DNA of 63,166 nucleotides, counting the filler, from Octopus bimaculoides (lineage: Eukaryota): NCBI RefSeq assembly GCF_001194135.2. It is 7 parts of 6 records of this genome, joined end to end, with 100 filler letters (N's around TTAATTAATTAA, not from the genome) between each part and the next. Parts side by side here need not be neighbours in the genome. Positions count along the whole stretch, not along the records: positions 1 to 4,062 come from NC_068981.1; positions 4,163 to 33,734 come from NC_068996.1; 5 more parts are not named here. One strand, given 5' to 3'. The notes under the pieces are model-generated. The model had not been told where the DNA came from. It did not search any database and worked only from the letters and a program-made list of their open reading frames with translations. This document shows positions 1 to 12,400 of this stretch, one piece after another. The stretch's first letter is position 1. Each line of letters starts with the position of its first letter. The position numbers and the translations under genes are program-made.

Positions 1-4
1 TATC

Positions 5-215
5 AAGGCGGCAACATGCCAAAATCGTTAGCACGCTGGACGAAATTCTTAGTGGTATTTCGCCCGTCGCTACGTTATGAGTTTCATTCCACCGAGGTTG
101 ATTTTGCCTTTCATTCTTTCGGGATCGATAAATTAAGTACCAGTTGTATACTGGCGTCTATCTACTCAACTGCCCCCCCTCCCGCAAAATTTCAGCCTTG
201 TGGCCATAGCACAAA
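5..215 (+). mobile_element. SINE family A (my label), diverged copy
   Basis: Aligns by eye with the copies at 9588 and 48765 (…cgttagcacg…gaggttgattttgcctttcattctttcgggatcgataaattaagtaccag). Confidence 0.8.
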
Positions 216-2287
216 TTAACAGCAGGCTGGAAGGTTGGTAATCAATATATTATTTAGCTACATCTGGATGCGTGTAGGTTCATTCTTAATAACATGCTCG
301 TGTATTGTTTATAGCAAAAAAAAAAAAGAGGAAAAAAAAAACAAGGAAAGAAAAAGGAAGCTACACATATAACACAAAACTTAGAAGCAGCGCTGCAGAT
401 GTACCAACAAACACGAAAATGAGACATAGCCGACCTCATGCACTTCTGCTGATGAATTCCAGAACGAGCTTTGTAAGACCACTACTGAGACGCTTCCAAA
501 AAGGAAATGCCGTTGGAAAACAGATTACAGCATTGACTCCATCTACGAATATCTGAAGAAAAATTGTATTCCGAAATATCATCAGACTATAGATAACTAA
601 ATTACAACAGGTTTATAGTTCATTTTTTTTGTATTATAGTGCATTGTTGTACCATTCAAAACTGTTTTTATTCTTTATATCTATATACCTACATACGCAC
701 GCATGTACAAACATATATATGCACACACACAAACACACATTTGTATCAGTAGATAGATATAAGATATAAGTAGATATATAAGTTGTAGCAATATAGGCAA
801 TATTGTCACTAAATCTTAATATTTATCTCCTTACTAAAACTGGAATTTGTGTTAGAAGAAACGCTCTAGCGTTATTTACCATGAGAGGACTTCTCATATA
901 GACATGTTATGCATAAACACTCGTGTTGAAATCGCTAACAGGCGATACATAGAGTTTGTATATGTCGCTGACAGGAGAAGGTACAGCCGTGTTCAGCATC
1001 ACATCAGCTGTTGAGAAACTCAAGCAAGGCGATATCACGTAAAGTATATTTTCTGACGGCCGCAGTGGACGGTTATCTGAAATCGGCATATAAAGCCTAG
1101 TGCATGTTTTTTTTTTGTTTTTTGCTTTTACCTCAAATCCATTTGGAGTTACTCTCACAGTAGACATCTCAATACCCTGTGCTGTAACATGACATTAGCT
1201 TTCAGTGGGCCGCAAATACTGAAGTTTTGTTTTCATAATGCGTCTACCACTATTAATTAGAGTTTAGTAAGACCACTAGATATTTGCGACACCAATGCTT
1301 TAATAGAAACTGAGATCCCATATATCGGGTGGTACGTCTAGTGAAACGTTTGCCATAGGAAAATGAATACGAGAGTGAAAACACGTGATATGTCAGTTCC
1401 AACGGTCTCAGTGCACTATTATCACCAGTCAGCGATATAAACACGAATCCATTTATGCACCACAAGTTCATATGGAGTATCCACTCATGGATATATGATA
1501 CACACAAACACTTACACACTTCATTTGTATTTAATTATATGTGTGTGTGTGTGTATGTGTGCGCGCGTGCGCTCGCGTATACATATACTATAACACATAC
1601 ATGTATAGATATATAAATGCGCACAAACTTACATGCACATGTGTCTGCGTACATGTTTACCTGAACCTTGTTTTGTGTGAATCACATGAAAGAACGAGGG
1701 CGTATAATTCAGATAGTTCTGGCTGAGTAGTGGGAAAGTAATATATGCATGCATGTTAATGAATAGATAATGTATATATCGAAAAGTAACTAGGCTTTTA
1801 TCAGTGACCTTGTTTCTCCACTTTTCATTATTGACTGTTCGCTATTCATGAAGGGAATCTTATTATTTATGATTCAATGGCAATATTTTTCCTTACATTC
1901 TAACAACACGTGTATTCTCATAGATGGTGATACGTTATGTCACTGCCTTAACACAGCTGACTAACTCCTTTGTCTGTATATACATACACTTTACACATAT
2001 ATACATGCATTCACACACACTATAGTATATTGTTTAGAGGTATACACGCCCACCCAAAAGCACGTATAACGGATAAATAAAGAAGAAGAATACTATACTT
2101 TCATAATCGATATTTTACATTACCCGGTTTAACACCTTATGAATTAACGTAGATACAATCTCACACTGAACATGCACAACATCTAAGGCATTATTTCATT
2201 ATATATCTTTCTCTTTCTATCAATATATTTAACTATCTGTGTGTGTCTGTCTGTCTCTTTCTATATATCTATATATCGATATATATG

Positions 2288-2292
<5 letters not shown>

Positions 2293-2343
<51 letters not shown>
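2293..2343. repeat. (CA)n microsatellite running into a gap
   Basis: Direct reading. It is one of many (CA)n/(TA)n/(GA)n tracts bordering N gaps. Confidence 0.95.
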
Positions 2344-2950
2344 NNNNNNNNNNNNNNNNNNNNNNNNNNNNNNNNNNNNNNNNNNNNNNNNNNNNNNNNN
2401 NNNNNNNNNNNNNNNNNNNNNNNNNNNNNNNNNNNNNNNNNNNNNNNNNNNNNNNNNNNNNNNNNNNNNNNNNNNNNNNNNNNNNNNNNNNNNNNNNNNN
2501 NNNNNNNNNNNNNNNNNNNNNNNNNNNNNNNNNNNNNNNNNNNNNNNNNNNNNNNNNNNNNNNNNNNNNNNNNNNNNNNNNNNNNNNNNNNNNNNNNNNN
2601 NNNNNNNNNNNNNNNNNNNNNNNNNNNNNNNNNNNNNNNNNNNNNNNNNNNNNNNNNNNNNNNNNNNNNNNNNNNNNNNNNNNNNNNNNNNNNNNNNNNN
2701 NNNNNNNNNNNNNNNNNNNNNNNNNNNNNNNNNNNNNNNNNNNNNNNNNNNNNNNNNNNNNNNNNNNNNNNNNNNNNNNNNNNNNNNNNNNNNNNNNNNN
2801 NNNNNNNNNNNNNNNNNNNNNNNNNNNNNNNNNNNNNNNNNNNNNNNNNNNNNNNNNNNNNNNNNNNNNNNNNNNNNNNNNNNNNNNNNNNNNNNNNNNN
2901 NNNNNNNNNNNNNNNNNNNNNNNNNNNNNNNNNNNNNNNNNNNNNNNNNN

Positions 2951-2981
<31 letters not shown>

Positions 2982-4062
2982 TCAAAATAAGCAACAGGTT
3001 GTTAAGAAGTGATGCAGTACGATCGTTTCAAGCAGCTCCATTTCATTGAACAACGCAATCATTATATCAATTTAAATGCAGGGCTATCATCAGCTGCACA
3101 ACAAAAATGGACTTTTAATCAGCTAAACACATTAATATAATTTTTTCTCAAATATTTGAACTTACCAAGAAGATGGAAGAAATTCATGTCGTCACTATTT
3201 TAGCTACGGATATACTACTCTTCCAAGACTGGAGTGAAGCTTAGTGGGGTCACCGCTTGTAAAGGATGGTGGTTTATTTCTAATTTATGTGTCTTTTCAT
3301 CAACGACTAATTCTCAGACTAGAGGACTGAGTTTATTTGCAATGTAGGTCAAGTGTGAGTTGACAACTCATGGTTAGGTAGGGTCGTAGATATTGTTATG
3401 ATATTACGAGTAGTAAATTGGGTATAAAGTAAAACTCTGTAAAGGAGGCTTTGTAGGGAAAGACTCCAAATCATGATGTTACTTAACAGTTAAAGGGGCA
3501 AGACGCTGATAAAAGCTCTGATGTTAATACAGTGGTTATTTTATCATGGGTACTATGGGAGAGTGTTTATAAATAATATTGTTATGTTGTATAAAGTTAA
3601 AATTTAATATCAAACATGATATCAAAACCAAAATAGGTAAGATGTTTGAATATATCAATTTTTTGCATTAAAAAGAAATGATTACTTAGAATCAGTTTAA
3701 TACTCATTCATGTACTTAATTATCTGTTTATTAGGTGGTTTCTAAAATGACTGCTCAAGACATTTACTTTTGGAATACTGGAAAGATTAACATGCTATAT
3801 ATATTAATTATAAGCCAAGAATCAGAAAAATAAGATGTGTACAGATACACCCAAATATTTATACATTTAAATGGAGCAAAGCAGCGGAAAAAATCTCTAT
3901 TTAAGAACAGTAAGACCTTATAAGGTGTAAGATGTTAATAGGTAACGATATCAATGTAAGAAAAAAGAAGAATTTGTAGAAAATGATAGGAATGTTGTAT
4001 GTCCTACATTTAAAGAGACAGGGTATTAAAATTTGAGGCAGGGAAGAGATAAATGTAACCCG

Positions 4063-4162
4063 NNNNNNNNNNNNNNNNNNNNNNNNNNNNNNNNNNNNNN
4101 NNNNNNTTAATTAATTAANNNNNNNNNNNNNNNNNNNNNNNNNNNNNNNNNNNNNNNNNNNN
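4063..4162. other. Artificial 100-bp spacer (44N-TTAATTAATTAA-44N)
   Basis: The palindromic 12-mer has stops in all six frames. The identical structure recurs six times. Confidence 0.9.
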
Positions 4163-4629
4163 TCAAAGAATATGTATAAGAATATGTATATGTATTTTTC
4201 CATATGTTTATTTTCATACACTGTTTTTAACATTGTTTTTAACAATTTCACCTTAATATCAGAGAATGTGTGACAATCAGTATGTAACACTACAAAGTTC
4301 ATACAAAGCTTTATACTTTAAATATATTTTATCATCAAAGAATGTATATATGCATTTTAATACTCAGACTGTTTTTTAACATTTTTTATTATTCTCAAAG
4401 ACTTTTGATAATCTTTTTCTAAAAAAGTGAAACCGGTTAAGTAAATAAATATTTTAAAAAAATAAGTGCATTTTCAAACCTTCTTTCATATATATATATA
4501 TATATATATATGAGAAATAATTAAGATTGTAGTTTATTTAGGTATTTTAGTTGAGGCGCCACGCCATTCCGGTATTATCCACACACCTCGAAGTAAGGTG
4601 TATATAAGTTTCTTGTACTTTGTATCTGA

Positions 4630-4890
4630 GTTCCACCATTCTGCTTAAATAATGGAACTGCAAATACAATATCCTTATGTATCTCACGTCTGTTTTCATT
4701 CCTCCACTTCACTCTGTATTTCATATCTTCTCTATAATAACTATTACTTTTCTCGCACATTTTCTCGCACCGTCTCTGATGAAGGGATATATAAAATATC
4801 CCGAAAACAGCTGTAAGATCTTCTCTTTATAAGTATTCTGAAAACTATTAACAACCTTGGATTTTTTATCTCATTTTGTTAATTTTTTTT
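4630..4890 (+). mobile_element. Penelope-type pseudo-LTR-like repeat containing a minimal hammerhead motif
   Basis: Homologous to 13672-13905. It contains tct-CTGATGA-a-gggatat(ataaa)atatccc-GAAAACAGCTGTA-aga. Confidence 0.6.
4773..4818 (+). ncRNA. Minimal type I hammerhead ribozyme-like motif
   Basis: Core CTGATGA at 4776-4782. Perfect 7-bp stem II, palindromic stem III (ACAGCTGT), GTA triplet and a 3-bp stem I. There is one extra A on each side of stem II. Confidence 0.55.
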
Positions 4891-5029
4891 ATATATGCAT
4901 GCTAATACACGACCTACATTGGACGTATCATTATCGAACCTAGAGCTTAACTATGGTCTGTCCATAGCACTTACTCAACATTACCTGACACTTTTGGGTC
5001 TTCTTGACACCAATACCTTATACCCTCGA

Positions 5030-5188
5030 TATATATACACATGTATGCGACGGGCTTCGTTCAGTTTCCATCTCCCAAATCCACTCACAACTCATTTGGT
5101 CGGCCAGAGGCTATAGTAGAAGACACTTGCCCAAGCTTCTAAGCAGGGAACTGAAACCTGAACAGTGTAGCTGGGAAGCAAGCTTCTT
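5030..5188 (-). mobile_element. SINE family B, 5' half
   Basis: Reverse complement of …cttgggcaagtgtcttctactatagcc…gtgagtggatttgg…gaaactgaa.gaagcccgtcg. Confidence 0.85.
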
Positions 5189-6024
5189 TATTTCATAAAT
5201 TGGCTATTGAAGCCCGTACATAGATGGGACAAACAAGGACAGTCAAGAGTGTGAAGAAGTTGCTTATTACGAATGAAAAAGTTTCGAATGATAAAATATA
5301 AATGGCATGCGTTTAAAAATTATATATTTTTTTCTTTTAAAAAAGTTTCAATATAAACTTGATGATCATTGCAAATTTTGCAATGTGTGAATGAAGAAAA
5401 GACATCCACCCGCCAGGTTCGAACCTNNNNNNNNNNNNNNNNNNNNNNNNNNNNNNNNNNNNNNNNNNNNNNNNNNNNNNNNNNNNNNNNNNNNNNNNNN
5501 NNNNNNNNNNNNNNNNNNNNNNNNNNNNNNNNNNNNNNNNNNNNNNNNNNNNNNNNNNNNNNNNNNNNNNNNNNNNNNNNNNNNNNNNNNNNNNNNNNNN
5601 NNNNNNNNNNNNNNNNNNNNNNNNNNNNNNNNNNNNNNNNNNNNNNNNNNNNNNNNNNNNNNNNNNNNNNNNNNNNNNNNNNNNNNNNNNNNNNNNNNNN
5701 NNNNNNNNNNNNNNNNNNNNNNNNNNNNNNNNNNNNNNNNNNNNNNNNNNNNNNNNNNNNNNNNNNNNNNNNNNNNNNNNNNNNNNNNNNNNNNNNNNNN
5801 NNNNNNNNNNNNNNNNNNNNNNNNNNNNNNNNNNNNNNNNNNNNNNNNNNNNNNNNNNNNNNNNNNNNNNNNNNNNNNNNNNNNNNNNNNNNNNNNNNNN
5901 NNNNNNNNNNNNNNNNNNNNNNNNNNNNNNNNNNNNNNNNNNNNNNNNNNNNNNNNNNNNNNNNNNNNNNNNNNNNNNNNNNNNNNNNNNNNNNNNNNNN
6001 NNNNNNNNNNNNNNNNNNNNNNNN

Positions 6025-7460
6025 NCATTCTTTTAAACATTTCCTGGAGTTCCCCCAATGGGATCTCCAGACTTTCCTCATAATTCGTTGAATTTGCAAT
6101 GAACCCTGGATCTGCCATCACTCAGCGCAAATGCCTCGGCAACCCCTTCAATCTTGTTAAATCCACCTTAATGATTCCATTCCACGAGTTTATCTCGTTA
6201 TCAAGATTTTCATTTCCTCCGTCATATAGTATTATATATTTTTCATTACCGGTCAAGGGTGGGGAAATTTGGGGCTCCTGTGTGTTTCAATTGTTTTTTT
6301 TTCTTTTTCATGTTAGACTGGGCATGGGGAGGGTTTCTGTCTGTACGGAGTCGTTGGGAAAGAGTGGTTGTGGGTGAGGGCCGGGTGGATGTGGGTTGGG
6401 GGTCACCTTTTACTATGTGTGTACTTTTCCTTCTCTTCCTACTATTTTCTCCACCATTTCCCATCAGGCATTCGATCCTTCCTCCTCGACGCTGGTGCCT
6501 GTCTTCTGTGGTTCCACCTCACCTGCTGCTTCCTCCACAGGCAGTGTAGTACCAGCCACTTTTTCCTTCTGTCACTCTTTGTCCTTTTCTAGTGGTGGAG
6601 GACACTCCGCTCTAATGTGGCCCTTCAGGCCACATTTATAGCATCGACTCTACCACTGTGATACTTTCGACTACTTTTTCGATGTTCTCCTCCGCGATTT
6701 ACCCCCCAACCCATGTTAAGGGTTTTTCCCTTCCAGTTCTTGTGAGGTGTTCTGGTTGCCTATGGGACCACCACCTTCTCCTCCATTCCAAGTAATATAA
6801 CAGCCACCAGCCAGGCTACATCCACCTCTGGGGGTATTTCCTACGCCCTAACCCTGGAAGCACGTCTCCCAAGGTATACGTGTAGAACTACTTCATTCGT
6901 TTTCAGCAGTGTTGCCGAGTGCAGCCCGGCGGTAGCTATCTTTTCGAACTGCACCTCAATCGTTCCAAATCTTTTACCTCTGGCAAGGTACGAGATCCCT
7001 TGCCAGACTGGTCTTTACGCCTTTTCTATCTGTACCGTTTTCAATTTTCCAATCTGCCACCGAGTACGTCCTATAAACTATCGTTCTTTCCGCTGATTTC
7101 TTTAAGACTTCTTCTGTGGGGAACGCCTTCACTCCGCCCCCTCCCTTTCCAGCATTTCCTTATACTTGTTTACGTCCTCCAGCCTTACGTCTTCGTACTT
7201 TTCCTCCGTCACCGCAGCATAACTTCTTTCTTCCAAAGCCTTGTCTATCCTCTCCAGGCACTCCACCATCTCCTCCTCTGAAGACATATATTCCGAGCAA
7301 GGGCAGCCTTCAATGCTCGAGACAGAACAACTCAAGCTTTCACAACTTCTTGTTCGACATACCTCCATCACACAAGAAGAAAAACGTCGCACAACCAAAA
7401 AGGCACGCGCAGCCAAAAAGTACGTCTATATCACACAAATCCAACAATGCAACTGAACAA
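6025..7460 (-). mobile_element. 5' part of a non-LTR retrotransposon, decayed ORF1 with CCHC zinc knuckle
   Basis: The minus strand at 6602-6643 translates to CYKCGLKGHIRAEC (CX2CX4HX4C). A charged, coiled-coil-like ORF lies at 7129-7416 and the block is more GC-rich than its flanks. The clade is uncertain. Confidence 0.7.
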
Positions 7461-7949
7461 CCATAAAACGGAAGCAAGCTTCTTACCACACAGCGATGCC
7501 AGTGCCTTCCTGTTAAAAGCGAAAGAAACTATATCGTTTTGTTTGTTTGTTTGTTGTATTTTACCAAAGTAGCTTTTTCTTTCTCTTTTAGAGCAGTCAA
7601 ACAAACACCTAANNNNNNNNNNNNNNNNNNNNNNNNNNNNNNNNNNNNNNNNNNNNNNNNNNNNNNNNNNNNNNNNNNNNNNNNNNNNNNNNNNNNNNNN
7701 NNNNNNNNNNNNNNNNNNNNNNNNNNNNNNNNNNNNNNNNNNNNNNNNNNNNNNNNNNNNNNNNNNNNNNNNNNNNNNNNNNNNNNNNNNNNNNNNNNNN
7801 NNNNNNNNNNNNNNNNNNNNNNNNNNNNNNNNNNNNNNNNNNNNNNNNNNNNNNNNNNNNNNNNNNNNNNNNNNNNNNNNNNNNNNNNNNNNNNNNNNNN
7901 NNNNNNNNNNNNNNNNNNNNNNNNNNNNNNNNNNNNNNNNNNNNNNNNN

Positions 7950-8182
7950 TTTATATTTATATAAGGGGCATTACTACAGAATAATAATGCCACACAGTGG
8001 ACTTCTCAAAATAAACACATTTTTAGTACCGAATGCGAGGAAACACAACCAACAGAAGAAAAGGTGATTTTCTTCTGTTGGTTGTGTTTCCTCGCACTCG
8101 GTACTAAAAAAATGTGTTTATTTTGAGAAGTCCACTGTGTGGCATTATTATTCTGTAGTAATGCCCCTTATATAAATATAAA
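7950..8182. repeat. Near-perfect inverted repeat, ~113-bp arms, 5-nt loop
   Basis: Arms 7950-8062 and 8068-8182, loop ggtga. They differ by one substitution and a homopolymer length. Confidence 0.95.
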
Positions 8183-8412
8183 TGTTTAAAATGTATCTTC
8201 AGAAGGACTTCAAAATGCCTTTCATATTTATCTGTTTCTTCCTCTTTTTTTTTCTTTTAGGAGTAAAGAAAAAAATAATGGATAATGTTACAGAAAACTG
8301 AGTAAGGAAAATACATATTCAATGAAAGAAAATAGATATAGAAAATAGATATAGGCACAGGAAAGAAAATATATAGGCGCAGGAAAGAAAATAGATATAG
8401 AAAATAAATATA

Positions 8413-8778
8413 GGCGCAGGAGTGGCTGTGTGGTAAGTAGCTTGCTTACCAACCACATGGTTCCGGGTTCAGTCCCACTGCGTGACACCTTGGGCAAGTG
8501 TGAGTGGATTTGGTAGACGGAAACTGAAAGAAGCCCGTCGTATATATGTATATATATATGTGTGTGTGTATATATTTGTGTGTGTGTGTTTGTCCCCCCA
8601 ACTTCGCTTGACAACCGATGCTGGTGTGTTTAGGTCCCCGTAACTTAGCGATTCGGCAAAAGATACATTAAGTACTAGGCTTACAAAGAATAAGTCCTGG
8701 GATCGATTTGCTCGACTAAAGGCGGTGCCCCAGCATGGCCGCATTCAAATGACTGAAACAAGTAAAAGAGTAAAAGAG
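8413..8778 (+). mobile_element. SINE family B, near full length (small internal deletion)
   Basis: tRNA-like head (gtggctgtgtggtaag…ggttcagtccc), internal TA/TG microsatellite and tail …ggcggtgccccagcatggccgc…actgaaacaag(taaaagag)2. Confidence 0.92.
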
Positions 8779-8956
8779 AGATAGAGAGAGTAATTTGGAG
8801 TGAGGCAAGAGAAAACTGATTAAGAAAAAATAGGCAGCTAGATTTCTTGTTTTCTTTTTTTTTCTTTTCTTTCCTAAAACATACTTTGACAGTAAATTGA
8901 AAAGCTCAAGTGATTACGAAAAATTACCACTATCTCCTCACAACACTCTCTTAGGG

Positions 8957-9213
8957 CAGTGATTCTCAGCCATTTTTTCTTTTACTTATGGACGCCTTTG
9001 ATTGCGATTTTACTTAGTGGTTGGGCATGGGATACCCCATAGCCGTTTGAAGTTAAAAAAAAAATCTTTATGTTTATATAATTAGATATTGTCAGGAACT
9101 GTATTTAAAATTTGTTAAAATATTTTGCGTATAACCAATTTATCTGCAATAAATTCTAACAAAATCTTATATGGACGCTCAAGGGCCATATAGACCCCGC
9201 ATGAGCACCACTG
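8957..9213. mobile_element. Non-autonomous hAT-like MITE, decayed
   Basis: Termini cagtgattctcagcc…gcatgagcaccactg. The interior resembles 9395-10004. No clear TSD. Confidence 0.5.
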
Positions 9214-9394
9214 TGTCAGAAGGTATTGATGCTTGCGCTGAAAATATTTGACATCAAAGACATACCAACCGTGATAGCCCGCTAATTTTTTCTCCTGCAT
9301 AATATATTTAAAACTAAAGCTTCTTCTCATTCTTTTAAAATAAGATAATGCATATATGCCTATTATTTTTAGCAGGTTTAGTGATTCCATAAAG

Positions 9395-10004
9395 CAGAGG
9401 TCCTCAACCATTTTTTTCTTATGAAACCTTTTGATTACTATTTTAATCTGGTGGACCCCCCTTAGACATTTGATGTTTAAAAACTAGTCGTATAGGAACT
9501 TGTCTCAAAATTCCAGTTTTGTTTTTCACACATTCACTTGTGTAGATTGAACTATGTAAAATGTGCGAGAAAGAAACCAGTTTGTTTGAAGTCGGTGAGC
9601 TGGCAGAAACGTTAGCACGCCGGGCGAAATGCTTAGCGGTATTTCGTCTGCCGCTATGTTCTGAGTTCAAATTCCGCTGAGGTCGACTTTGCCTTTCATC
9701 CTTTCGGGGTCGATAAATTAAGTACCAGTTACGCACTGGGGTCGATGTAATCGACTTAATCCCTTTGTCTGTCCTTGTTTGTCCCCTCTATGTTTAGCCC
9801 GCTGTGGGCAATGAAGAAATAAGAAACCAGTTTGTTTCTTACAATACATACGTCTAAAGCACACACGTCTCAGTACACACGTCTAAAGCAAAAAAAATTT
9901 CAGAGGCCCTTAAAATACTTTTGTGGATCCCCAATTTATTATTTACTTACGTGGACCCCAGAAAGGACACTCAGGGGCCAAATGGAGTCCGTTGAGAATC
10001 ACTG
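9395..10004. mobile_element. Non-autonomous hAT (Charlie-like) MITE hosting a SINE
   Basis: TIRs cagaggtcctcaac / gttgagaatcactg. The 8-bp flanks ccataaag / ttataaag match at 6 of 8 with a central TA. Confidence 0.65.
9588..9820 (+). mobile_element. SINE family A, full length with 17-bp TSD
   Basis: TSD aagaaaccagtttgttt at 9571-9587 and 9821-9837. Box A-like gagctggcagaaacgttag and box B-like gagttcaaattcc. Confidence 0.95.
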
Positions 10005-10194
10005 TTATAAAGCTACCTTGTTGATTCATTGGTGTTGAGACCGCTGTCCTTCTGGTGGTTGACGTTACTTTTAATGATAGTAGGTGAGGTGGTTTTTAAT
10101 ACTAGCGCTCTTATCAGTTGTGATAATGGTGTTGCGGGATGAGCAATTTGACAGTTCCGATGAGAATATTTTTCTTCCTATATTTATTCATAAC

Positions 10195-10590
10195 TGCAAA
10201 TGCTGTGCGGTTAAAACAGTTTGCTTATCAATCATGATGATTTGAGTTCAATACCAATCCGTGAGCAAGTGTCTCTACTACCATTGCTTGGGGCTGACCA
10301 AAGACGTTTGAGTGGATTTGGGGAACGGATATTTACCCAAAAGAGCTAATTTTGTGGGATTGTGGGTGTGTGTGTGTGTTTTCGTATTTATATATGTTTT
10401 CCCTTCAACCGCTCGACCACTAGTGCTGGTTTGTTTACGTCACCAAAAATTAGCGATTCGACAAAAGATACTGATAGAATAACCAGACATAAAAAGATAA
10501 GTATTGCAGTTGATTTGTTCAACCAAAGCCTTTAAAGGTGGTGTCCCAGCGTGACAGCAGTTCAATGACTGAAACAAGTAAAATATAAGA
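10195..10590 (+). mobile_element. SINE family B, old diverged copy
   Basis: Recognisable head, gcaagtgtctctacta, gagtggatttgg, and tail aaggtggtgtcccagcgtgacagcagttcaatgactgaaacaagtaaaa. Confidence 0.8.
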
Positions 10591-12279
10591 TATATTTACA
10601 TTTACAGAATATCGGGATCGTCAGCATACGATAGAGGAGTGTTATTTCATCTATGACGTAACTGACCGGTGGCACTCACTTAAAACCTAGTATTACAGAT
10701 CAAAATTACAAAACAAGACAAATAAAAGATCATGTATGCAATGACACTTCAATCAAAAAACAACTAAAGAAGTGTCAGACACTTTATTTTAAGGTGTCCA
10801 TCAGACGACTCAACGCAACAGGTGCAATCTCCTTATCAAGAAAGAGAGACAGGCTATAAACAACAGGAAGGAACGACTTAAAGTAGACTGGTAACTATAG
10901 CAGCACCAGTCTGCGTATGCCACCGTTCTCTTCTTCCCTTTCTTCCTTAAACATCTGAGCAACGACCTTTTCTATCTCTCACTTCTTTAAATGTCCTGAA
11001 GAAAGGGTTATAGCCCCAAAATATAGAAGTATAAAGTAAAAATACTTTTTTGTTTTGCTTTCTTTTGTTTTTCTAGTTTACTTTATATCTACTCGCATTG
11101 TTTCGATTTTACAAATCACTTTAAAATATAGTGCTCATTTTCCATTATAGCAACGGAATGTACTTATATTTACTCATGGTGCTTAAAGCCCAATAACTAT
11201 TGGCAGATCCATTTGAGAGCTTAAAACATCAGGACAAACAACTACTACCCCCCTTCGGGAGCATGATATAGATATTCAAAATAGTGCTTGACAGTTGGAA
11301 ATCCTCCCGTCTTTGCAAGCTGTTGTTCACATATAATAATTAGCTATGTGGATATTGTGCTGTCACGGTAAGAATATAGTGTGAATGTAGGTTATCAACA
11401 GTCAAGTAGAGGGTGAGTGAGTAATAGCAAGAAAAATATAATGTGAGAAGGATACGCTGTTTTGTCTGTTAGCTTCACTGAAATGGCATACACAAAGGAA
11501 TGCATGAGGATGGGAAACGTAAAATAAAATTAAATCGGACTATGTGGCCCAACAAGACAAGGCAGATATCATTGAGAAGAATGCGACTGTTGAGCAATAT
11601 TTATGATTCAGATATGTTATTGATCACCTGATCTTTGCTTACAATTCTGTTTTTTTTTTCTTTTTAGAAATGAAAAACACACACATACACTCACACACAC
11701 ATACACATATATATATATACATACATATACAGCGTCATGCATACACATACACACACACACACACTCAAATACACACATACACATATATACATGTAAACAT
11801 TACGGCAAACGGAAATAGGATCTTGCTGTTTAAAATCATTGTCTAGAATTAAAAGAATGAACACATCCTGGATCACAAATGCTATCTCGTACATGTTATA
11901 ACTTCCTCTGTTTACAGTTGCATTTTACAATTGCAAAAAGTATCAAGAATTATTTTTCAACGCGGAATAATTCCAACCAATTCACAACCCAGAGACGTCG
12001 AAGTCTTCATTGGAAAATGGTCATCACCAGATTTGTTAAAAATTACTTCCATTTAATTATCTTTTTATCACAGTATAAAACACAATTCTTTACGTTTTCT
12101 TTTTTTTTTTTTCAATATCTAACATTCTTTGGTCATCTTCAAAAATCTTCTTCCTTTTCTATTTTTTTTTATCTTTCTCTGTTACGCAGAAGGCAGAGTA
12201 GGAATAATTAAGAAATGGAAAAAGTGACTTGTAATAATACTCTTGCAGCTATAGTGAGACAATGCAGCCGTTGAGGAGA

Positions 12280-12367
12280 TTGTTGCTGTTGCTATTGCAG
12301 CTGCGGTTGATGTTGATGTTGTTGTCGTTGCTACTACTAAAACTGGTGATAATGATGGTGGTGGTAG

Positions 12368-12400
<33 letters not shown>

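Noticed and set aside
430-600. 56-codon plus-strand open frame (PTSCTSADEF…KRKCRWKTDY…) and minus-strand exon-like pieces at 907-1079 and below 551
   Set aside because: No recognisable family and no consistent splice phase. Frames of this length arise by chance.
449-600. CTGATGA/CTGAAGA words at 449 and 553; also 3086(-), 40660(-) and 50392(-)
   Set aside because: GAAA is missing, or stems I-III and the NUH triplet cannot be formed.
11853-12056. Open frame …LQKVSRIIFQRGIIPTNSQPRDVEVFIGKW and a strong acceptor-like site near 12188
   Set aside because: No convincing donor or homology recognised.
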